DNA of 64,000 nucleotides from Bacteroidota bacterium (GCA_019136655.1 JAGVTU010000024.1:3553-67552); one strand, 5' to 3'; shown: positions 20,074 to 29,467, numbered from the stretch's first letter. Numbers and translations are program-made. The notes: generated by a model from the sequence alone, not told the origin.

Positions 20074-20859
20074 ATGAAATTTCAGGCAAAAAGTAGGTTA
20101 ATCCCATTGATTATCACGCTGTTTTTAATAAGCGCCTGTATTCCCTCCAAGGAATATTCTTATTTTCAAAGGGATGTTACCAAGATTGACAGTTCATTAA
20201 CCTTTAAAAACTATACGCATCAAATTCGTGCAAATGATATTTTATCCATTGTCGTCACTAGCGTGAGCCCTGAAGCAAGCAGTTATTTTAATCCGCCATT
20301 TGTAAAAGACAATAGCACCGACACTGAGACTCAAAAAGTAATTCAGGGTTATTTAGTGGACAGTAATGGAGATATTAGCATTCCCTTTTTAGGAAAAGTA
20401 CAGGTTAAAGGTCTTACATTATCGGAGACACAGGACTTGCTAAAGAAAGAGCTAGAAAAATATTTGGTTAATCCATCCATTCAGGTACGCCTTGAAAATT
20501 TTAAAATTATTATTTTAGGTGAAGTTTCAAGACCGGGAGTGTATTACCTAAGCAATGAAAATGTTTCATTAACAGAAGCATTGGCTATGGCCGGTGATAT
20601 GACAGTCTATGGGAAGAGAACCAATATTTTGGTAGTAAGAGAATCGCAAACCGGCAAACCAGAATATGGAATGTTGGATATAACTCGTCCTGAAGTTTTC
20701 AGTTCTTCTTACTATTTTCTTCACCCTAACGACATCGTATATGTAAATGCCCGTAAAACCAAAATTTCATCAGGAGATATGTTTTTCAGATTAGCACCTG
20801 TCATTGTTAGCATAGGTACTCTTCTAACGTTAATCCTTATACGAGCTAAAGTCATTTAA
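20074..20859 (+). CDS. polysaccharide export outer-membrane lipoprotein, Wza-like
   Basis: Lipoprotein signal (LFLISACIPS), a polysaccharide export (Poly_export) region and an SLBB-like region, C-terminal TM helix, 261 aa. Confidence 0.8.
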   Translation: MKFQAKSRLIPLIITLFLISACIPSKEYSYFQRDVTKIDSSLTFKNYTHQIRANDILSIVVTSVSPEASSYFNPPFVKDNSTDTETQKVIQGYLVDSNGDISIPFLGKVQVKGLTLSETQDLLKKELEKYLVNPSIQVRLENFKIIILGEVSRPGVYYLSNENVSLTEALAMAGDMTVYGKRTNILVVRESQTGKPEYGMLDITRPEVFSSSYYFLHPNDIVYVNARKTKISSGDMFFRLAPVIVSIGTLLTLILIRAKVI

Positions 20860-20875
20860 AGTCCAGTAAGAAAGA

Positions 20876-23296
20876 ATGCAAGACGAATTTCAGCAAATAG
20901 ACAATAGAGAACCAAGTTTTAACCTCAAACAATTTCTTTATGAAAAAGTAATTGCGTACTGGGTTATTTATGTTGCTTTCTTAGTCATAGCACTGGTAGC
21001 AGCGCGATATTATCTGTGGTATTCTACACCCGTTTATACATCCACAACATCGCTTATGCTAGGAATGGATGATAAAAAATTTGGAGAACAGGATTTGTTG
21101 GCTAAACTGGCCTCAATGGATAACAATGGAAGTATTGAAAGCCAGATGCAGATTATTAAATCACGCAACATAGTAAGCAGAACAATAGAGCAACTGGATT
21201 TTAGGTTTACATATTGGCTGGAAGGCGATATCAAAACTTCAGAACTTTATAAAAACAGTGCTATTGAATTAATCACTGATTCTTCGGCAAGCATAGAGAG
21301 TATTCCTGAAATAACAGTTAAAGTTGTAAGCCCAGAAAATTTTGAATTAACTTATAAAAATATTCATACGAATGCTGTTGAAGTTAAAAAAGCAAGTTTT
21401 AATGAAACCATTAAAACTGATTTCGGAAACATACAGCTTTTGTTAAGGGACCCTAATAGATTAAAGATTTATAAAAACCTGATTAATGAAAAAAATTTAT
21501 ACCGTATTACTCCAAATACAACAGAATATTTGGTAAACTCCTATAGTCAGCGTTTGAGTGTTACTCAGGTCAAAGGTACCCGGTTGGTCTTGGTAGCTGT
21601 GGATGATCCGGTACCGCAAAAAGGTTGCGATTTCCTGAATAAACTCACAGAGGTATACTTAGCATATGGAGTAGAACAAAAAAATGAAGACACACAAAAT
21701 TCTCTTCGTTTTATTGATCAGCAACTTAGTGTTATTACTAATGAGTTACTTAATTCCGAAGGCAAACTCGAAAAATTTAAAACAGAGAATGGGATTATTG
21801 ATATTATGGGTACTGCCAGTCTTTCACAGGGCGAAGCTACACGGATTGAAGGAGAACTTAGCGGTATTAACTTGCAACAAACTTTTTTGAAGTATCTGGA
21901 TGACTATATCAGAAAAGGAAATAATGTAAAATATCTGGCTCCAGCCTATGTAAGTGTTACTGAACCTATCTTGCAAATGCTTTTAACCAACTTAAGTGCA
22001 TTGCAAACAGAACGTGAAAACGCACTGAAATTTACTACCGAAGATAATCCACTTATTCAAAAGAAAAATATTCAGATTGAAAATACTAAAGCAGAAATAT
22101 TAGAAAAAATAAAAAGCCTCAGAGATGTAAGTAATATTTCAAAGTTGCAAACCTTAGATCAACTCAATAAGGTGAAAGCAAAAATCCGTGAATTGCCCAG
22201 GGAAGAAAAAGAATTATCCAGTATAGTAAGACAGGCTACTATTACAGAAAATCTTTACACATACCTTCTTCAAAAACGTGCTGAAACTGCAATCATTTTG
22301 GCATCAAGTATATCTGACTGCAAGGTTATTGATAATGCAAGAACTATATTAAATCCAATAAAACCGGTAAAAGGAATTACATATACTTTGGCTGTGCTTC
22401 TTGGGCTTGTACTTCCATCAACAATTGTGTATTTTAAAGAAACACTTGATGACAGAATTAAGAATCGCCAAATACTGGAGAAAAGTACATCTATTCCTGT
22501 ATTAGGGTTAATAGGATATACTGATATTGAAAATAATATTGTTGTTAATTTCAAACCGCATTCACAAACGACTGAAGCATTTCGATCTGTAAGAAGTAAT
22601 CTCCAGTATTTTCATGGAAACAAATCAAACAACGTAATACTTATATCATCCTCGATTAGTGCCGAAGGAAAGAGTTTTTGTGCAATCAATCTGGCTGCTA
22701 TTTTAGCATCAGGAGGAAAAAAGGTTGTTATGGTGGGTTGCGACTTACGCAAACCTCAACAACCCGCAACATACAATCTGACTTCTAATTTAGGTTTGAG
22801 TAACTACCTGATTGGTTCTGCGACTTTAGATGAAATTATTCAAACAACTCCGGAATTAGGTTTGGATCTTGTGCTTTCCGGCCCCAAACCACCTAATCCT
22901 TCAGAGATTCTGCTTAATGACAGGATGACTAACTTAATTACATCATTAAAAGAGAAGTATGATTATGTGATAATGGATTCGCCTCCAATAGGCCTCATCA
23001 GCGATGGGCTTGAACTCGCACGTTTTGCCGATGTAACAATTTATATTGTTAGGCAGAATTATACGAGAAAACATCATCTCGATTTTATCAATAAACTATA
23101 CAGGGATGGAAAAATCAAAAATATCTGTATCATATTTAATGGAGTAAGAGCCGGAACTACTGCATATGGATATGGATACGGTTATGGATATGGATACGGT
23201 TATGGGTATGGGTATGGGTATGGATATTACGATGAGGATAATAAACCAAAAACAATCGTTGGAAAAGCACTAAATAAATTCAAGCGTAAAAATTAA
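20876..23296 (+). CDS. polysaccharide co-polymerase / tyrosine autokinase (Wzc-type BY-kinase) with (YG)n tail
   Basis: N-terminal TM, periplasmic Wzz/GumC-like coiled-coil region, second TM, then a kinase domain with Walker A SAEGKSF, Walker A' VMVGCDLRKP, Walker B VIMDSPP. C-terminal tyrosine cluster AYGYGYGYGYGYGYGYGYGYGYY. Confidence 0.85.
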   Translation: MQDEFQQIDNREPSFNLKQFLYEKVIAYWVIYVAFLVIALVAARYYLWYSTPVYTSTTSLMLGMDDKKFGEQDLLAKLASMDNNGSIESQMQIIKSRNIVSRTIEQLDFRFTYWLEGDIKTSELYKNSAIELITDSSASIESIPEITVKVVSPENFELTYKNIHTNAVEVKKASFNETIKTDFGNIQLLLRDPNRLKIYKNLINEKNLYRITPNTTEYLVNSYSQRLSVTQVKGTRLVLVAVDDPVPQKGCDFLNKLTEVYLAYGVEQKNEDTQNSLRFIDQQLSVITNELLNSEGKLEKFKTENGIIDIMGTASLSQGEATRIEGELSGINLQQTFLKYLDDYIRKGNNVKYLAPAYVSVTEPILQMLLTNLSALQTERENALKFTTEDNPLIQKKNIQIENTKAEILEKIKSLRDVSNISKLQTLDQLNKVKAKIRELPREEKELSSIVRQATITENLYTYLLQKRAETAIILASSISDCKVIDNARTILNPIKPVKGITYTLAVLLGLVLPSTIVYFKETLDDRIKNRQILEKSTSIPVLGLIGYTDIENNIVVNFKPHSQTTEAFRSVRSNLQYFHGNKSNNVILISSSISAEGKSFCAINLAAILASGGKKVVMVGCDLRKPQQPATYNLTSNLGLSNYLIGSATLDEIIQTTPELGLDLVLSGPKPPNPSEILLNDRMTNLITSLKEKYDYVIMDSPPIGLISDGLELARFADVTIYIVRQNYTRKHHLDFINKLYRDGKIKNICIIFNGVRAGTTAYGYGYGYGYGYGYGYGYGYGYYDEDNKPKTIVGKALNKFKRKN
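23161..23230 (+). repeat. in-frame imperfect hexanucleotide microsatellite (TATGGN)n encoding the Wzc tyrosine cluster
   Basis: An exact 18-bp tandem duplication tatggatatggatacggt x2 (23166-23201) is followed by (tatggg)x3 and tatgga. All units are multiples of 3 nt, so copy-number change would keep the reading frame. Confidence 0.85.
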
Positions 23297-23328
23297 ATGT
23301 AATATGCCCTTGCTTTTGTGCTGTTGAT

Positions 23329-25128
23329 ATGAAAGATAACTCGAAATACGAATTCTGGAATTACTTTAAATACTATTTCAGTATTTTAAGAGGGCAATTT
23401 ATTATTAGTATTATACTTAGTACGGGCGTAAGTCTTTTTGATGGAATAGGAATGGCTATGTTTATGCCATTACTGCAATCTGTTAGCGATGATGGAAATA
23501 CTGTTGTTTCATCATCTAACTCGCTGGGTAAATTACATTATTTTACAGATGCTTTGGAAATGGTCGGACTAAAATTAAATTTGATCAGCATATTAGCTAT
23601 ACTGTCATTTCTTTTTATATCCAAAGGGTTTTTAAAGTTTCTTCAAATGTATCATCAGGTGAAGATGCGGCAGTATTTTATGAAAACTGTACAACTCAAT
23701 CTGACCAATAAAATTCACAACATGAGTTATGAAGGGTTTCTGACTTTTGATGCGGGTAAAATTCAGAATAGCCTTAATACCGAAGTTGCACTGATGCGAA
23801 ACGGAATTATGCATTATCTCAATTCGTTTCAGTCAATCATCATGCTTCTGATTTATATGTTGCTTGCATTTACTACCAACTGGCAATTTGCTTTATTAGT
23901 ATCAGCCGGAGCAGTTATTTCAAATTTTGTATTTAAAAAAATATTCAGCCTTACTAAGCAAGCATCGTCTTCATTATCACGAAAAGGAGATCAGTTTAAT
24001 TCTTATATTCTGCAGGCTGTTCATTACTTCAAATACTTAAAGTCAACCAACTATTTTGCTTTTTACACTGTTAAGTTGAAAAAAACAATTAATGAAACTG
24101 AACATTTGAACAAAAAAATTGGGTTATATCAAAGTATTACTTCAAGTGTAAGAGAGCCTGTGCTTATTATTATAGTATCGCTGGTTATTTTGATTCAGGT
24201 GAAGTTAATTGGAACCGGACTGAATACCATAATTCTAAGTTTGTTGTTGTTTTACAGAGCACTTGTATTTTTGCTATCGCTTCAGGCATCATGGCAAAGC
24301 TATTTGCAAAATATTGGATCATTTAAATCTATCAATGCTACTCTTGATAAAATGGAATTATATCAGGAGAAAAACAAGGGAAACCTTCCATTTACTTTCT
24401 CTGATAAAATTAAACTAAATCATGTAACTCTCCAATACGGTCCAAAAGTTATTATCAATGATATAAGTCTTCAGATACCAAAGAATAAGACCGTTGCATT
24501 TGTTGGCGAAAGTGGATCAGGAAAAACTACTTTGGCGAATTTGGTATCCTCTTTACTCACGCCTACCTCTGGCGATATCGAAATGGATAACAAACCTCTT
24601 GCTGATTTTGATATTGAAAGCTATCGCAATAAAATAGGATATATTTCGCAGGAACCTGTAATTTTTAATGATACCATTTTCAACAATATTACTTTCTGGG
24701 CTGAGCCTACTCCTGAGACTATTGAACGATTTAATAAAACAATTGCACTCACACATCTGACTGAATTTATTAATAATTTACCCGAAAAAGCCAACACTCA
24801 GTTAGGAGATCATGGCATTCTAATTTCAGGTGGTCAAAGACAAAGAATTTCCATAGCAAGGGAACTTTACAAAAATGTTGAAATTCTCATACTTGATGAG
24901 GCGACATCATCACTTGATTCTGAAACAGAAACAATAATTCAAAGAAATATTGATTCATTACATGGTAATTTCACCATAATCATTATTGCTCACCGATTGT
25001 CTACCATTAAAAATGCTGATATAATTTATCTTATAGAAAAAGGAAAACTTAAAGATTTTGGGAAGTTTGATGACCTGATTGAACGCTCACAACGTTTTAA
25101 GCACATGGTAGAATTACAAGAGTTCTGA
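23329..25128 (+). CDS. ABC exporter, fused TMD-NBD half-transporter (MsbA/PglK-like)
   Basis: Six N-terminal TM helices then an NBD with Walker A GESGSGKTT, signature ISGGQRQRISIAR, Walker B ILILDEATSSLD, 599 aa. Sits inside the polysaccharide locus. Confidence 0.85.
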   Translation: MKDNSKYEFWNYFKYYFSILRGQFIISIILSTGVSLFDGIGMAMFMPLLQSVSDDGNTVVSSSNSLGKLHYFTDALEMVGLKLNLISILAILSFLFISKGFLKFLQMYHQVKMRQYFMKTVQLNLTNKIHNMSYEGFLTFDAGKIQNSLNTEVALMRNGIMHYLNSFQSIIMLLIYMLLAFTTNWQFALLVSAGAVISNFVFKKIFSLTKQASSSLSRKGDQFNSYILQAVHYFKYLKSTNYFAFYTVKLKKTINETEHLNKKIGLYQSITSSVREPVLIIIVSLVILIQVKLIGTGLNTIILSLLLFYRALVFLLSLQASWQSYLQNIGSFKSINATLDKMELYQEKNKGNLPFTFSDKIKLNHVTLQYGPKVIINDISLQIPKNKTVAFVGESGSGKTTLANLVSSLLTPTSGDIEMDNKPLADFDIESYRNKIGYISQEPVIFNDTIFNNITFWAEPTPETIERFNKTIALTHLTEFINNLPEKANTQLGDHGILISGGQRQRISIARELYKNVEILILDEATSSLDSETETIIQRNIDSLHGNFTIIIIAHRLSTIKNADIIYLIEKGKLKDFGKFDDLIERSQRFKHMVELQEF

Positions 25129-25271
25129 CAATTACTGTCTTTACCTATCACTTATTTTACTTTCCTGCCACTTCATCATAATCTTGATATGTAAACATAC
25201 CAGTTTAGCTTTCTATAGGCTTATTTTACTATTTTTGGCATTCTACATTTTATACACCATTTTAATCTTTA

Positions 25272-26222
25272 ATGAACATTTCAATAGCCGGTGGAGGAGC
25301 ATTTGGAACGGCACTTGCTAATGCCCTGATAAAGGAAAACAGTATTACTATCCATACCAGGAACAAACAGGTAATTTCAGAAATCAATACTTCCAGAAAG
25401 AACCCTTTTTACTTCCCAAATAAAATCTTAAGTAAAGCAATTAAGGCAACTGATGATTTACAGTCCATCCGTAATGCCGACTATTTGTTCCTATGCATTC
25501 CTTCAAATGCAATCATTGATTTCATGAAACAGCTTCAATTAAATCCCCAATGTGTGGTTATCAACGGAGCTAAAGGATTTGGGAATAAAGGCAAATTTAT
25601 TCCTGATGCTGTTTCAGAATTTATCTCTAACCGTATAGCATCTCTTAAAGGACCATCATTTGCAAATGAATTTATTTTCGAAATTCCTACATCTTTTACT
25701 ATTGCAACTCATGATAAAGCTGATTTCGTAAAAATAAAATCATTGTTCAGAACCAATCTTGCAGTGTTTGATTATACTGATGACATTCGTGGAGTAGAGC
25801 TTTTAAGCATTTTAAAAAACATATATGCCATCATCGTTGGAATCGTTGATGCTTATTATAATTCTTCTAATGTTCGTTTTCTTGTTTTTACAAAAGCATT
25901 GAATGAGATCAAAAGAATTTTGGAAATATTTTCAGTGAAGAGCGATACAATATTCCGATATGCCGGTATTGGTGATTTCGGGTTGACTTCACTCAATGAC
26001 TTAAGCCGTAACCGTACATTAGGTTTATTAATTGGCAAAGGTTTCTTTGGTCAAAACCCAGGCAATCCAATTGTATTGGAAGGAGTAAATGCTATTGATC
26101 ATATATCAGGAAGGCTTGGTAAACAAGAATTAGAAGAATTAAAGTATTTCTCGCAGTTACAAAACTTATTCAACAACAAAATAAATGTCAAAGACTTTGT
26201 AACTAATGTAATTTATAACTGA
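25272..26222 (+). CDS. NAD(P)H-dependent glycerol-3-phosphate dehydrogenase family protein (GpsA paralog)
   Basis: Aligns by eye to E. coli GpsA: IAGGGAFGTALA vs VIGAGSYGTALA, LKGPSFANE vs ISGPTFAKE, LKNIYAI vs VKNVIAI (catalytic Lys retained), GIGDFGLTSLNDLSRNRTLGLLIGKG vs [26 protein letters not shown]. Confidence 0.7.
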   Translation: MNISIAGGGAFGTALANALIKENSITIHTRNKQVISEINTSRKNPFYFPNKILSKAIKATDDLQSIRNADYLFLCIPSNAIIDFMKQLQLNPQCVVINGAKGFGNKGKFIPDAVSEFISNRIASLKGPSFANEFIFEIPTSFTIATHDKADFVKIKSLFRTNLAVFDYTDDIRGVELLSILKNIYAIIVGIVDAYYNSSNVRFLVFTKALNEIKRILEIFSVKSDTIFRYAGIGDFGLTSLNDLSRNRTLGLLIGKGFFGQNPGNPIVLEGVNAIDHISGRLGKQELEELKYFSQLQNLFNNKINVKDFVTNVIYN

Positions 26223-26293
26223 GTGTTTTGACAAACCAATATTTAATCCATACTTATTAATATTTAAACTTATATATAGTCCTCAATAATAAT

Positions 26294-27442
26294 ATGTACA
26301 AAAGAATACTTGACAAACTTATATGTCCTAACACCGGAGTCGGTGATTTAAAAATATACAGTGTGGAATTATCCCGCCAAAATAAATCTGAAAGAAATTT
26401 ATCCGGAGAAAATATTGGTTCGGAAGATGATATAAAAGCAGGAATTCTCTTTACTTCAGATAAAAAAAATGTCTATGTCATTCATGAATACATTCCTGTA
26501 TTACTAAATGATGCCGATCAGGACTTACCTCATCTGACAAGCATTGCAACACCTTTAATCAATCAACTGCCTAATGATTTGGCAGATGCTTTGCAACAAA
26601 CACTCAACAGAGTTTCTGCCCAACACAAATCAGCAGATGGAGACTGGAACAGAGAAGAAATGAAATATTATGATGCTGACGTGGATACAGAAACACAAAG
26701 GCATGATATGTTGAAATCCATTAAAACAGATAATCTTTGGAGGTTATTTATTCCTAGAAAACAAAATATGACAAAATTTCTGGAGAAAAACTGCAAAGGC
26801 AAATGGATTTTTGAAATTGGTTGTGGCAATGCCAGAACAGTTTCTCGCATTTTTAACCCTGCTGAATATAACTATAATTATATTGGTACTGATATCTCTT
26901 TCAAAAGACTGATGGTAGCCAAAATGGCAATACCCGGGTCAGATTTTATTCAGGCAAGCGCACTCAATATTCCAGTTAAGAATAATTTTTTTGATGCAGC
27001 TATCAGTTTCGGAATGCTTCATCATCTCCCCCGCCCTACCGATGCTTTTAGCGAAGTTGATAAAAAACTTAAACAGGATGGTATCTTTACATTGCATGAA
27101 CCGGTATATACAACAAGGCAATTTTCTGAAAAACAAACCGCAATGGTTCGAAAATTATTTCGAACTTATGAGCATAGTGACCATGACAATAAAATTAACC
27201 TGAAGGAGACAATTGATGCATTAAACAAATTAAATTATAAGATTGTTACCATAGTTCCATATAATTCGCTTTTCAGAGTCGTTTACGAAGCTGTTATGAA
27301 CCGAATTTATAAACCCTGGCATAAGAATAAGGGCATCATGAAAACAGTCTTGTTCTTGGACAATATCCTGCTTAACACTGTTGTTAAACTATCCAACAAA
27401 TTAGGACCTCAGGCTATTGTTATTACATCTGCAAAAAAATAA
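26294..27442 (+). CDS. Trm112-like zinc-ribbon domain fused to class I SAM-dependent methyltransferase
   Basis: N-terminal LICPNTGVGDLKIY...YVIHEYIPVLL resembles the Trm112/DUF343 fold. The central part has MTase motif I (FEIGCGNARTV), post-I (IGTDIS) and motif IV (DAAISFGMLHHL). Confidence 0.65.
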   Translation: MYKRILDKLICPNTGVGDLKIYSVELSRQNKSERNLSGENIGSEDDIKAGILFTSDKKNVYVIHEYIPVLLNDADQDLPHLTSIATPLINQLPNDLADALQQTLNRVSAQHKSADGDWNREEMKYYDADVDTETQRHDMLKSIKTDNLWRLFIPRKQNMTKFLEKNCKGKWIFEIGCGNARTVSRIFNPAEYNYNYIGTDISFKRLMVAKMAIPGSDFIQASALNIPVKNNFFDAAISFGMLHHLPRPTDAFSEVDKKLKQDGIFTLHEPVYTTRQFSEKQTAMVRKLFRTYEHSDHDNKINLKETIDALNKLNYKIVTIVPYNSLFRVVYEAVMNRIYKPWHKNKGIMKTVLFLDNILLNTVVKLSNKLGPQAIVITSAKK

Positions 27443-27459
27443 ATTGCTCAGTAACCTTT

Positions 27460-28458
27460 ATGAACAACAGACATAAATCTGAGCTAATCAGAAGATACTT
27501 TAAAACTGGATGCCTGAGTAGTATAGACAAACTCTTGGGTTTTTTACATTACTCAATACCTTACTACAAAAATTCAAAAAAAATTTACTCGATTTACAGA
27601 AGTATCTCTGAAGAACCTTTCAAGACTGAAACTTCTGTTGAAATATTAAACTATCAATATGCAAATAGCCATGCACTTGAGATGAAACAATTTTTAGAAA
27701 AAAATCTCAATGCAAGAATCATCGGTGCATATACGCATGGGAGTCTTGGTACCGATGAACTAATCAACTACAGCGACTTTGATGGGCTTGTTATACTTAA
27801 TCATTCTGCATTTCAATCTCCAGTGACAGTTTATAAGACAGCCATTAAACTGCATAAGTCAGAGCGCATCATGAGAAAAATGGACCCCCTTCAGCATCAT
27901 GGCTGGTTTCTGATTACAGAAAAAGAGCTGATTCAGTATCCTGTAGATTATTTTCCGGTAATGTTGTTTTCTTATGCCAAATGCCTGACCGGAAAAAATA
28001 ATTTATTCATCAAATACAGCCTAACTTCTGATGCTGAATTACAAAAACATTTTGAAGGATTTTGCAATCACCTAAAACGGAATATTCAAAAGAACATAAC
28101 TACTTCCAATTACTATGATTTAAAAAGTATGTTAAGCGGATTCATGCTTTTACCTGCAATATACATTCAACTTCGTCATCCTGAAGGTGTATTTAAAAAA
28201 GAAAGTTTTAATTTGTTAAGAAAAGAGATGTCTCCAAATGATTATAAGGTAATGGACAGTGTTTCACAGATTCGAAATGAATGGAATTATACATCTCCTG
28301 GTCGTTTTCATTGGTTGCAGCAGATAGACAATGCATTCCTGAATCATTACTTTTATAAGAAATGGTCAGGCAACATAGATCCAGCTTTGGCAAAAAAGAT
28401 AAATGAAATTAAACCGGAAATGCTAAAGTTTATTGACATTTTGATAAAAAATGCCTGA
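27460..28458 (+). CDS. uncharacterised nucleotidyltransferase-fold protein (Pol-beta/LicD-like), paralog A
   Basis: Pol-beta NTase superfamily signature hG[GS]-x10-DhDh: YTHGSLGTDELINYSDFDGLVIL. About 200 aa of helical sequence follows the motif. 8-nt overlap with paralog B. Confidence 0.5.
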   Translation: MNNRHKSELIRRYFKTGCLSSIDKLLGFLHYSIPYYKNSKKIYSIYRSISEEPFKTETSVEILNYQYANSHALEMKQFLEKNLNARIIGAYTHGSLGTDELINYSDFDGLVILNHSAFQSPVTVYKTAIKLHKSERIMRKMDPLQHHGWFLITEKELIQYPVDYFPVMLFSYAKCLTGKNNLFIKYSLTSDAELQKHFEGFCNHLKRNIQKNITTSNYYDLKSMLSGFMLLPAIYIQLRHPEGVFKKESFNLLRKEMSPNDYKVMDSVSQIRNEWNYTSPGRFHWLQQIDNAFLNHYFYKKWSGNIDPALAKKINEIKPEMLKFIDILIKNA

Positions 28459-29431
28459 CATGAGATATAATCTGATTGATTATCCAAGATCGGTTAATCG
28501 GGAAACATACCAACTCTATTCTGAAAAACTTTATTCATCAATTAAAAATTTTAGTGAAGTTGTTACCATTTATTCCATAGGCCATGTATCCAATCCTGGT
28601 ATTTCTGATATTGACTTATTAATTCTTGTCAAAGACAATACATCACTTCTAAAAAATTTCAGAGCAGAAATGAGTGCTGAAGAAAAATATCTGTTTCTGC
28701 ATCAGCCTTACGCATGCTCTGTAAGCGATTTTAAGCAGACTGAAATGTTTACATTTCTGCACAATTATAATCTGGTGCATGGCACTGAAATGCGAACAGG
28801 TAACCAACTTGCTGAAACCGACAGAGAAATATTGAAAAAACAAACAGCGTTAGAATATCTGTTAAAGATGTACATTCAACTTTATGTACAGAAAAAATAC
28901 AGAACTATTCGTGTTCGTGATTTATTGCTTCATGGCAAAGCACTGATTTACGACCTTGAATTTCTAAATATTAAAAATGGTAAGCTATATGACCTAATTC
29001 TTGAAATAATAGATTGGAGAAATAATTGGTTTAAAAGCACTCCGTCTTCAATTGAAATCATCAATTGGGTTGAGAATTTATTTATTGAATTACATTCGGC
29101 ATTCACAACAAATAGTTTGTTTAAGGAGATGTTTTTCCCTGAACAAAAAACTTATCAGTTGTCTAAAAACATTCGTTTGAAAGCGGGAAGTCAGCAGTTC
29201 CAAGTTACTCAACAGGGGCTTATCCTCCCATTTTTCCATTTAGTCAAATCCAAGAAAGCAGTCAAGCTTCAAAATCGTTTTTGCAGTTTTCAGTTCGACA
29301 TACCGACATCCAAATCTGAAATGCCAACAATTATTGAAGAACGATTCCGAATTGAAAGGCAAATTCGTGAGAATGGCAATAAATATCTCCCATTCTTCCT
29401 TTCTATGACATCAAGCCTCAATTTGAGGTAA
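28451..29431 (+). CDS. uncharacterised nucleotidyltransferase-fold protein (Pol-beta/LicD-like), paralog B
   Basis: NTase-like motif SIGHVSNPGISDIDLLILV (G..S-x7-DhDh). Same overall size and domain layout as paralog A. Confidence 0.45.
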   Translation: MPDMRYNLIDYPRSVNRETYQLYSEKLYSSIKNFSEVVTIYSIGHVSNPGISDIDLLILVKDNTSLLKNFRAEMSAEEKYLFLHQPYACSVSDFKQTEMFTFLHNYNLVHGTEMRTGNQLAETDREILKKQTALEYLLKMYIQLYVQKKYRTIRVRDLLLHGKALIYDLEFLNIKNGKLYDLILEIIDWRNNWFKSTPSSIEIINWVENLFIELHSAFTTNSLFKEMFFPEQKTYQLSKNIRLKAGSQQFQVTQQGLILPFFHLVKSKKAVKLQNRFCSFQFDIPTSKSEMPTIIEERFRIERQIRENGNKYLPFFLSMTSSLNLR

Positions 29432-29467
29432 TGATTTGTATATCAGAAGCTTATTGAGGAGTGAAGA

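Noticed and set aside
23161-23230. Possible CRISPR or other non-coding repeat array
   Set aside because: The repeat unit is only 6 bp (18 bp higher-order) with no spacers. It lies in frame inside the Wzc kinase gene and encodes the (YG)n tail, so it is a coding microsatellite, not CRISPR.
25272-26222. Housekeeping gpsA simply located here
   Set aside because: Cannot be excluded without the rest of the genome. It is not adjacent to plsY (50012-50650), it is embedded co-directionally in the EPS operon, and the sequence is diverged from canonical GpsA. These points favour a pathway-dedicated paralog, so it is reported as a finding with this caveat.
27460-29431. CBASS-like CD-NTase defence system
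   Set aside because: The GS...DxD motif fits any Pol-beta NTase. There is no adjacent effector (phospholipase, TM or endonuclease) and no Cap2/Cap3-like genes. The genes sit in an uninterrupted polysaccharide operon. Kept only as a minority alternative in the findings.
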